Shown here: positions 24,066 through 34,397 of the stretch, in pieces | Position numbering within the stretch: the stretch's first letter is position 1 | Layout: each line of letters starts with the position of its first letter | Assembly (NCBI GenBank): GCA_977018835.1 | Contig: OZ361258.1 | Span: 4,774,001 to 4,838,000 of the forward strand | DNA length: 64,000 nt | Direction of reading: 5' to 3' | From: Minutocellus sp. GHC0000111 | Lineage: Eukaryota | Program-made: the position numbers and the translations under genes | The notes under the pieces: model-generated | Databases searched by the model: none | What the model was told of the DNA's origin: nothing | Seen by the model: the letters and a program-made list of their open reading frames with translations, nothing else

Positions 24066-24599
24066 GTAAAAAGTAAATCTTTATTTAGGCAATAAGTAGA
24101 GTCTAATATTGCTTGATGTGGTGAGAAGAACAAACTGAGAGATCGATCGAGAGGGTGGTGATATTTGAGGTGCAAATGCGAAATACGGGGCGGCAAGAAA
24201 GCCGACTATTCTGATGTGCTGCCTTCATCGTTCGATTCCGCATATCCTCATGGATGCGCTGTGGAGTATCTCTCCATGATGTTCGGTGGTTGCCGCTCTC
24301 AACTGACTCCTGGTTGTTGTTCGGTTTAAATTCAGGGAGATCTCCTGCCCCTCAATGCCAAACTCACTCAAAACACAAACAGTCAAAAACCAACGCACCA
24401 ACACATCTTGTGCCGTCCCCAGGATACGACCGGGATACGTTGCCTTCCGGTCCCAAATTCCATCGATATCCCTCCACCGCACCACCAAACCCAATCTATC
24501 ACATCAATCTGCATCGCATTTGTGCCGATTTGGGGCGAAGAGTCCCTTGAAATTCAACGGCTAACTTCCTTCGTGTTCGACACGAGAAAGAAAATCAAA

Positions 24600-26729
24600 A
24601 TGGGCCGTCCCAGGGGTTCCAGGAACCGTCCGGGCCACAAGGCCGGTGGGTTCCGTGCCAACTCTGGCCGGAAGTTCATTGCGGGCACCGCCGAGGTTTC
24701 GGCTGCTCCGGAGGCGGCTGCTGCCGCTGGTGGCGTCGTGGCCGACGCGGCCTCGGCGGCGGAAACCGCGGCGGTCGTGGCGGCGGCCGTCGTCGAACAG
24801 GCCACCACGCAAACGGCAGGAGTTGCAGCGGCGGCACCCGAGGCGGCGGCCGGCACCGGAGTCGACGGCCTTCCCCCCCCGGAAGATGATTTGGAACCCC
24901 TCCCACCTCTGGGACTCATCGAGGACTCCACTCCATCCCGAGGACAGAAGCGCAAGGCATCGTCGGTCCCCGAAGACGGAGACGCCCGGGCCGCCGCCAA
25001 AACTTCGGCAGCGGCAGCAGCCGCGGCAGCAGCCGCCATCCCCGCGCCGCAAATTATTGCCGACGAGCAGTGGCAGGGCATGTTCGAAGAGCTGCGAAGG
25101 TTCGCCGCGGCCAATGGGGGCTCGACCTCCGTCAAGTACGGGCCCGAAACGCGCAGCCTGTACCACTGGGTGCACAACCAGTGCACGCAGTATCGCAATC
25201 TCGTCAAGATCCGCCTGGGGCAGACCGAATCGTCCTCCTCGTCGTCGTCCCACCTCCGGAGCAGGCAGCTCACCACCTCCATGACGCCGGCCCGAATGGC
25301 CGCCCTCAAGTCCATCGGCCTCGACCTCGAGGAGCGCACCGGCGGCGGAATGGGGGCCAACGAGACCAAGTGGAACGCCCGCTACGACCTACTCGTGCAA
25401 TACAAGAACGACCACGGCGGGGTCTGTCACGACATCCCCTACACGCACGAGCTGGAGGGGGACGCCGTTCCCGCCTCCGGGGTCGACGCCGACTTTGCCA
25501 AGTTGGGCAAGTGGTGCGATCGGCAGAGGTACTGGTACCGCCTCCTCAGGGAGGGCAAGAAGAGTCAGATGACGGAGGAGCGGGCCCGCAAGTTGGAGGA
25601 GCTGGCCTTCGTCGGACCTGCCGCCGTGGCGGCCGGGGCCAAGCCGGAGGTGGCGGGGACCGCCCAATCCGCCGCCGCCGCCGCTGCGGCAGCCGCATCG
25701 AGCACTGCCACCAACGCCAACACCGATCTCGGCGCCGGAACCAGCGCTGCTAACGGTCCCAACAAGCACACGGCCCGGTGGGAGTCAAGCTTCGCCGAGC
25801 TTCTCGAATACAAGCGCGTCCACGGAGATTGTCTCGTCAAGTACAACTACGAGGCCAACCCCAAGCTGGCCCGGTGGGTCGACCGGCAGCGCTATTGGTA
25901 CAAGATGCTCAAGGCCGGGAAGCACAGCCAGCTGACCGAGGAGCGTGTGCAGAGGTTGGCCGATGCGGGATTCGTCTTCAGTCTCCGGTCGGGGCCTGCG
26001 AGCAAGGCTGCTGCCGCGGGAGGTGGTAGGGCCGAGGGCGACGAGGACAATGCCTACTACAGCCAAGTGCAGACGGCTGCCGCCGCGGATGCTGCCGTTG
26101 CACAGGGATCGGGATCTGCTGCTGCTGCTGCTGCCACCGGCAAGACCAACCGTCCCACGCAGCAGACCAAGTGGGAGCTGCGACTGCGGGAGCTCGTGGA
26201 CTACGAACGACGGACGGGTAGCCTCGCCGTCCCTCACAAGTATCCCGAAAATCAACCACTGGCCAACTGGGTCGAGAAGCAGAAGAATGAGCTCCGGCTC
26301 AAATCGGAGGGCAAGCCGACGCAGATGACCGATGAGCGAGAGGAGCGCCTCAAGGCGATTGGATTCACCTTCACCTCCCGCGCCACGGTTTGGTCCGAGC
26401 GGATGGAGGCCCTGCGCGCCTACAAGGCCCAGCACGGACACTGCCGTGTCCCGTACACCTATGCCAAGGACCCCAAGCTGGCCAAGTGGGTTAGCAAGCA
26501 GCGCGGTGAGATGAAGGCCAGGAGGGAGGGTCGGAAGAGTCAGATGACGGCCGAGCGCGTCGTTGAGCTTCGTGAGTTGGACTTTTGGGGTCCTGGAGAG
26601 GACGATGGCAGCACGGTAGCAGATACGCCAGCGGCGCCTTCGGCGCTGGCTGAGAGTGCAGTTGCGATAGCGGCGGCGGCCGATGGGGCTTCCATATCGA
26701 TGGAGCAAGAAGGTGGGATGGAGATATAA
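24600..26729 (+). CDS. Helicase-associated (HA) repeat protein with five HA domains
   Basis: Five W...L..YK..HG...V......L..WV..QR...ER...L..IGF units. N-terminal GRPRG AT-hook-like motif. Confidence 0.9.
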   Translation: MGRPRGSRNRPGHKAGGFRANSGRKFIAGTAEVSAAPEAAAAAGGVVADAASAAETAAVVAAAVVEQATTQTAGVAAAAPEAAAGTGVDGLPPPEDDLEPLPPLGLIEDSTPSRGQKRKASSVPEDGDARAAAKTSAAAAAAAAAAIPAPQIIADEQWQGMFEELRRFAAANGGSTSVKYGPETRSLYHWVHNQCTQYRNLVKIRLGQTESSSSSSSHLRSRQLTTSMTPARMAALKSIGLDLEERTGGGMGANETKWNARYDLLVQYKNDHGGVCHDIPYTHELEGDAVPASGVDADFAKLGKWCDRQRYWYRLLREGKKSQMTEERARKLEELAFVGPAAVAAGAKPEVAGTAQSAAAAAAAAASSTATNANTDLGAGTSAANGPNKHTARWESSFAELLEYKRVHGDCLVKYNYEANPKLARWVDRQRYWYKMLKAGKHSQLTEERVQRLADAGFVFSLRSGPASKAAAAGGGRAEGDEDNAYYSQVQTAAAADAAVAQGSGSAAAAAATGKTNRPTQQTKWELRLRELVDYERRTGSLAVPHKYPENQPLANWVEKQKNELRLKSEGKPTQMTDEREERLKAIGFTFTSRATVWSERMEALRAYKAQHGHCRVPYTYAKDPKLAKWVSKQRGEMKARREGRKSQMTAERVVELRELDFWGPGEDDGSTVADTPAAPSALAESAVAIAAAADGASISMEQEGGMEI

Positions 26730-27133
26730 GCAGACATCACACACGTCCTTGTGCATAAGGTACCGAAGGACACAGTGCGTAGACTATACATATGTATTAT
26801 TTTTGTAAAGTATTAATTAGTGATAATTTTTACTCAACAAATGCATTGCTATTAGACGTCTACCACCAGTTCTCCCCATGAGAGAAAAGAGAATCTCTCT
26901 GCAAATCGCTGCCAAGCCAGCCGCGCTGTCCTCCCTGGTTTCCCCCGCTAATCTGCCTTTCGGGAGATCCAACCTCACATCCCCCTAAAATGATGCAACC
27001 CGGAAGCAAATCGTCATCGAAAAGCGGCTTCAACCAAAAATCGCCCGCCGGATATCACAATCCATCTCTCGCTCGCTCTCGTCCCTCGTGGCCGTTGATA
27101 TCCTCACTTGTTTACCCAGAATAGAACAGCATT

Positions 27134-27951
27134 ATGAAGATTCAGTGCACTGCCCTCGCTCTCCTCGCCGGTAGCACCGCTGCCTTTAGTCCTCAGCTGT
27201 CTGGCCGGGCGTCGACGCAGCTCTACAATCTGGAAATCGGTGCTGGGGGCATGGCCGACACTCGCAATCCTGATGCCTTCGAGCACGAGGATCCACGCAA
27301 GTCCATCTCGGCCGCGACTGCGGCGCTGCCGCGGCTGCCCCCGCTCCCGTGGCTGCGGCTCCGGCTCCGGCAGCTCCTGAAGTTGGATTCGGCGGCAGCA
27401 CCAAAACCTCTGGAGTGGACGGCCTGGCCTCTCATCACCCTCGAGCGGATAAGTTGGAGGCCGTCGAAAAGAAGGAGCTGCCCCTCGGTTTCGGAGGATG
27501 TACCAAAACCTCCACCTTTGACGGTCTCAAGTCGCACCATCAGCGATCTGACATCCGCCGCGCTCCCGCCACCCCCGAGCAGGTGAGAAGTGGCGTCGCC
27601 ATCAGCAAGGTGGCCACCCCCGCTCAGCAGAGACATTTCGGCCGCGATGCCGGTGGTACCATCCTCGACGACTCCAAGCCCTACTCGTACATGGGAACCA
27701 AGACCAACAAGAGGGCCGAGCTTCCCGTCGGTTTCGGTGGGTACACCAAAACCTCCACCTACGATGGTCTGACGTCCAGCCATCCCAGATCCGACATTGC
27801 CCGCACTCACAGTGCCGCCAACCCCAATGTGCCCCACGACGATGCCTACGGCAACGACGGGGTTGACGACAATGCTCATCATCACCTTGGACATGGTCTG
27901 AATAGCGAGGTTCTGTACGGACCTGCCACCGGCGATCCGCATGCCTACTAA
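27134..27951 (+). CDS. Plastid-targeted repeat protein, frameshifted near 27315
   Basis: Signal peptide ending AAFSP. A second frame gives an Ala/Pro linker and three GFGGxTKTSxxDGLxSxHxRxD repeats. Confidence 0.7.
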
Positions 27952-28095
27952 GAAAGGAATAGTCAGTTGACTGAGTTTTGATAGAGTTGCTACTCGTATG
28001 TGTATGGATGAACGAATATGGAAAAGATAGATAGGAAACCACGTAGTCTTTATTTATATTACACTCTACGGTACATCGAATTAACAAGCACGCAA

Positions 28096-31000
28096 TTAAG
28101 AACAGTGGTCCTTGATCAATGATGAAACGTCCTGCATCTTCCTATGTGCTCCCCACACATTGTACAACGTCTCAGCTCGACGGAGATAGATTCGTCCCTC
28201 CTCTATGTCACCTCGGCCGACAAAGAACAGCCCAGCTCTCTCACAGCTGAGCGCCTCTTCGTTGATGTGACAACTATTTCCGGCTCCAAGTATGGCGCTC
28301 TGATACGATGAAATCGCAGTTGTGGCGTCGCCATTTGCAACAGCGATCTCGGCACGAAGCAAATCGGCCTTGTGTTGGAAGTTCCATTCGGAGCCCTCGT
28401 CGGCCCACTTCGTAAGAGAATGCAGAGAATCCATGGCCATCTTTTGCCAACGCTTGGTATCAGTGACCGCATCAGAAGCCATCTGCCTCTGTAGAATATC
28501 CGCCGCAACAAGTCCCATGTAAAATGTCTCCACAATCATCTCAAAAGAAGAGCAGAGTTTCCCCTGAGCTGCTATCTCCTCTAATTCATTGGCCATTTTC
28601 TCTGAAACATCTCGACGGCGGAACAGGTATCCCAAGTATAATCGAGAAGTGTAGAAATAACGGAAGTAATCCCTAACTCCCTTTTCCCGGCAAATCTGGA
28701 GGTAATCCTCCTGATTCAGTGCTGATCCTGTCAGCACCGTTGGGTCGATGGAGGTATCCATTGAAGTCGAAGTCACCTCCTTCAAGTTGAGAAGTAGCTG
28801 TAGATATTGCATTGACAATATGGTAAGACTCTCCTTCGAATCTTCTTCTTCTGTGAGCATTTGGCGAATCTCTTTCTCGGCATCAGCTAAGGACTTACCC
28901 CGCTCCGGTGCCATAATGCTAATCTGACTGATTTGATTTATTGAGATCCGAGCCCAATCCCGGTCACCGACGGAACAAGCTCCTTTGTAAATTTGTCGCA
29001 ATAAGTCGACGCAGGCTTGAGCCGGTTGCCTGTACGGGATGCTGCCTGACACGACTTGACAGACAACAGTGGTGTAGTATTTTCCATCAAATCGGTCCAG
29101 CAAAGCCAGGGCTACCTTTGAGGCCAAGTGAGCCTCTTGGTGGAAGTCGAGGCCACAAAATGCCACAGAAAGTGCCCCGAAGGCGTACGATGATTCCGCG
29201 GTGATTTCTTCGAAAAGTATCACATTTTGTACCATCTTTAGAATGATGTACAGCATCAGCGGCGGGCTTGCCGCATATGCGGCTCGGGAGGAGAAGCATA
29301 AAATGCGCATAAGGCCTATTTGCCGAGAATTTGTAGACACCGGTTTGGACGCAAGAAACTGGATTAGCTTCTGGCCCGTGATGTCGCTTGATTCAAGTAA
29401 GGATTGCGTTTTGACAACTTCGGCTTGTATGGACACAGGGTCTACATTCGAGACATCGATGCCAAGCTCGTCGAGAATAATTGGGCTTTCGCGAATAGCA
29501 TCCTGGAACTTGGCTTGGGCAACATATGCAAGAATTTGAATCTCATGGCCTTTCATCCGATCTTCAGTATTCTTGGCATTCGAAAGTGCTTGGGCGATGG
29601 ACGATAACGCGTCTTCATTGCTGCTCCCAAGAGAATTACAAAGATCAAATAGACAAATTTTGTTGAGATATGTAGATGGGAAACGTAACACCAATGAAGA
29701 TAAGAAGGCACATATCTCCCACTAATGTCTGAGTACACTTCCAGGTCCTCTCTAGGACATGTAGGAATTCCTGACTCCGACTAGAATTTCAAAGAAATCT
29801 TTCGGGGGGAAAATCCCTTTCTTACCTTCCTTGAGCCAGTTGAGCCTCTGCACTTGCTAAATATATACGAGCACACAGTGTATACTCTGTGTCCCAATCA
29901 TCGGCCGCGAGCAAAGAAACCCCCGCACACAAATAAGTGGAGGCAGGCTGAAACAAGAGTGCCGACAGAGCCTTTTCTCCAGCCTTGAGGTTTAATTCTG
30001 CAATCTCCAACTCGTCAGAGTGATCAGTGACAGCTTTTATGCCTCTGTTGTATTGATCAACGACCGTGGAGAGGGACAAATCGGCATCTCTCCCTTGTTT
30101 TAGCTCCTCATGTAGCTTCCGACCAATCTGCAGATGCATGGCACCTTTATCTTTTTCTGACATACGAGAATAAGCTGCCAGCCAGATCTGATCGTGAGAA
30201 AAGCGGTAAGTATCAGGCCCATTTTTCAGTAGGAGTCTATCTGCCATAGCAACATCGACGTGTTTGTATATGTCATCTCTATGCGGAAAAATGTCCTGTG
30301 CAGCTGAGGCTAGTGCAACAATGGAAGCCTTATCAAATCGGAATCCCAGGCAAGAGGCAACCTGCAACAGCCATCTTACTTCCGGCCCATATGAATCCAT
30401 CATGTCAATGATTAGATCGACAGTGGCGTCAGCAACAGCCTTGTTCCGGATTGCATCAATATCCCATCTCCATCGACGCTCGGATGCTGAGTATTGCAGT
30501 TGACCTTCGTCCGACAGTGATTTCATCAGTTGACGAAGAAACATTGGATTGCCCGATGTTTTGGAGTGAAGGGCCTCGGCGAGAGGACGGGTGAGCCGAG
30601 GCGATAAATGTAACACGTCGCTGCAAAGATCGTTCACACTATCCTTGTCGAGGCTGTCCAATCTCACAGTGGCTAAGGGTACCAGTGACATTAAAATAGC
30701 CCCGACATTCTCTGCTACCGGATGGTTTGCATCAACTTCATTGTCTCTATAACATCCAATGAACATAGCCGCCCGTGAGGCCTCATCTGATACCAGCATG
30801 CGAATGATATCCTGACTGGCAGCGTCGGACCATTGCAAATCATCAAATAAAACAATGACTGGATGCGAGGGTTGTGCGATGACATTCATCAACTTTTTGA
30901 GACAGTACAAAATAAGATTGTACGTCTCTCTGCCTTCAGTCTCGGTGTTTGATGCTGGCCAACCCCCCACGAGGATACCCAGGGTAGGAATGAGATCTTT

Positions 31001-33126
31001 CAGAACGACAACGGTCGACCCCAAGGTTTCCTTGAGTACATTGCATATTTCAGATAAGAGATGGATATCTCCCTGTAAGAGTCGCTGGAAGTACTCATCC
31101 AGACCACGGCAAATATTCGTCATGGGATTCTCTTGCTGTTGCGAATCGAACTTGACCCAAACGATCTTTCCTCGGAGTTCAGCGAGAGAATCCTTGAGCT
31201 TTTGCACTAAGGCCGTCTTGCCACTAAGTGTATGATAGCAGCGATAGGCAAAGAATGCTTGTCAATGTAAACAAAGCAAGATCGAAATAGAGGGCAAAAA
31301 AGGATTAGGACAAGATGTGGTGTCGCAACTTACCTCCCAGGCGGGCCACTGATGAGAAGATATCCATGGGTCTCTTCCTGCGTGACAATGATCTTATCAA
31401 AAGCGGACTGTACCTGCTCCCATTCCTTTGTTCGCCCATAGAGACGATTGGGGACGAAGCAAAGTTTGCCGCCATGATGATCAAGGGGTGGATCGAACAG
31501 GTACCGATCGGGGTTCGATATCATTCGGCCAAGGTCGGCCTCTACCTCAAAGGCAGTGCGATATCGTTCCGATGCATTTGGATCTGTCGCGTCAAGAAGT
31601 GATGTAACGACGGTGGAAAATGAGACTGGAACACCAGCATCGCGAAGCTTATCTGACAGAGAAATGGAAAGACCGGGACTCGTAGAGGCTGAAAGGGAGG
31701 GCGATCGTAAGCCATCGTTGAACCCAACAGCCTGCACAGTACGCTTCTTCGGCTTCTGATTTGGAAGAAATTCATCGTTTCGAGCTGAAACTATCGCATC
31801 TGACTCAGATAGGAGCGCCGAAGGTTCGATACCTGTAAGGAATACAAACAGCTCACGCCCGAGAGCGTTCAGGCTGTTTTGAACGGTGGCTTCCCAGCCC
31901 GGTTCTCTCGCCGTTTCGGCAGCCTTGTGCTCTGCAATCACCATCTGCGCTCAGTTGAGGGCAAACCGCACATTATGCAAAATCCGCTGGTATTGGTTGT
32001 TTGAAGTAGAGGACACTCCACATATTTCTCCGAAGGCGTTACCTTCCACGACGGTTCCGTGGGCAATGCCTGTAGACCGGTGGATGCCATCATCGTCAAA
32101 ATTACTGCTAGCGGCTGCGATTGCTGTTGTACCGCTGTCAGCGTTATTGTTGGTTACCTCACAAGCACGAGCACCCCGGAGATCCTGCTCGAGATCGTCG
32201 AGGTCTCCGAAGTCTTGGAAGAGCATACCATCTCCTCCTTCTCCCCACAAGTTCATTTCTCCGTCCTCCGAAGACTCGAGCAGAAGGGAATCGGCCAACA
32301 AATTGGTCAATTGGTTACTATCACCCTCCTCTTTGTCCGCAGTAGCGTCGACCTGGCGTTTCCCCTTGGTTTTGCCCTTGTTCCTGTCAGAACTTATCGT
32401 TTGGGCGTCGATCGGCTTCGCGGTGCTGCCGTCGCCGGCGGCATCTTCCTTGCGGGTGCCGGTAGATTTTCGCGAACGAGGCTTTTGTCTCAAATTCATC
32501 TTGACCTTTGCCGCCAAAGCCCTTCCATCCAAGACCCCGTACAATGTGCCACTATCGCCGCCCTCGATCGGAACGAGGAATCGGCCAGTCAATTTCATTT
32601 CGTCACCTTTCTCGTTGTTGCCATCGTAGTAACCCTCAAAGCCATCCTCGATGCCAGTTCGGAACGCAACATCGGCGACACGTTCTACCACCTCGGCAGC
32701 GATCCGATTCTTGTCGGTATTCGTTGAGGCGGAGACGTATTCGGTCTGGCGCTCGGAAACGATCCGGAGGAACCGTGCATTCCCCGGGTGGTGGAAGTTG
32801 CCCCGACCCATGAGGACGTCCAGGGGGCGGACGTCGCATCTTGGCACGATGCTGCCGGGCGTGGGCGTGCCGTCGATGCTTCCCTTTGCTCTTCCTCCGG
32901 CCATTCGCGGGCGGGTGCCGGCTCCGGTATTGCCGCCAAGACTGCCGCAATCGTCGTGGGCAGAGCCCGCAGGAGCAGGACCAACCAGGCCTTCGAGGAC
33001 CTCCTCGTGGTTCTCGTGGTTGCCACCGTCGGACATCAGCTTCTTCCTGCCCTGCAAGACGGTACTACTCGTATGCATTTTCAAGCTTGTCTGGGCTGGG
33101 GGCAATCGATCGGTTGATCTGTTCAC
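28096..33126 (-). CDS. DUF6824 + AAA/STAND ATPase + TPR-like protein; introns 31224-31333 and 29621-29825; in-frame TGA at 31951-31953
   Basis: DUF6824 motif DVLMGRG..HHPGN..F. LYGR, spliced Walker A GPPGSGKT, Walker B VLFDDLQW, KTSGNP and FSHDQI. Helical C-terminus with EEALSCERAG. Confidence 0.85.
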
Positions 33127-33375
33127 CGCGACCAGGCACTACCGGTACTACGTAGCTTCTAGCTAGCTAGGACCTAGACGCTGGGAATTCTCGTGGCTTG
33201 TGGGGTTGTGGGCAGTCACCGTGTTGTGGGGTGCCGCGCGTTCGACGAGAACAAGACTGCGAGCAGGGGTCAGAATCTTGATCCCGAACACAAAAAAAGA
33301 AAGTTCAAGAGACGGGGGGTGGGATCAATCCTGGCCTACATACTGTACCGTCTCAGGGTCCTGTACATACATGTA

Positions 33376-34397
33376 CGAGGTCAGATTCGCGAGAAATCGA
33401 GCGCCCTGTTTTTGACTGCTTTCGAGGGGATGATGAAAAGCGCCTCGAAGAATAGTCATGCTGAAATATTTAAGAAAATGGCTATTTTTACTCTAATTTT
33501 GATTTATCTTCATGTGAAACAATAATTCGGATAAGACTTTAGATTTCAGCGGCTCTAATCAAATGGACGCGTTCGTGCGACGCGACGGTTCGGCCTCCAT
33601 CTCGTCTTCATCTTGAACGATGGCATGATACTCGCCTCGGATCGGCAGTACGATGCATTCTTCCCGGATCTCGCACCACAGCCAATCCGGGATGAGCTTG
33701 AGCTTCTTTAGCTCCCGCTTCACGCCGTTGAACTTGTAGATGAAGGTAACTGAGGAGTGGAACATCTCCGCGGCCTTGTCGTACACCGATTCAGTTATTG
33801 CCACGACATCATCCATGTCGAGGGGCATGTTCTCGGCCCTTATCGCCCGGCAGACGAGTCGACTGACGACATTGAGGAGCATGTGCTTCTCAAAATCCTC
33901 GGGCCCGTCAATCTTGAGAGTTTTCTCCTGGTCAATGATGATGGCCAAGACAGCGGTGAGTATGTGTTCAATCCATTTGTGTCTCGGGCGGAAGTCGAAG
34001 CTGAGCATTTCGATGACGCGATCGGCATACTTCGACCGGTATACTGCTTCCCAACGAGTGCCGATGATTCATCTGATTCGGCCGCCTTCCGTTCTGTCAT
34101 CGACGATCTTGCAACGGCGACCCGGCGGTATACTGCACCATGTCTCTTTGCAATTGCCAAGTGCAGGGAGCAGGCAAAGGTGGACTATTCGGTGCTGTCC
34201 AGCGCAGAGCATGGTGCACGATTTTCGGGATGGATGAAGGCGTATGGTGCTCTACCTGCATCTGAGAAGGCGATGTGGGAGATGAAGAGGAGATCTCATC
34301 TGGCTATGCAGCCATACATTCGAGATGTTATTGTTGATGCTCTGATACGAAATCCTCGGGAGGGTTAGGCGCTCGATTTCTCGCGAAACGGACTTCG
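33376..34397. mobile_element. Non-autonomous Tc1/mariner-like DNA transposon (1022 bp)
   Basis: 30-bp TIRs at 33376-33405 and 34368-34397 (27/30 match), starting CGAGG/CGAAG and flanked by TA on both sides. Confidence 0.85.
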
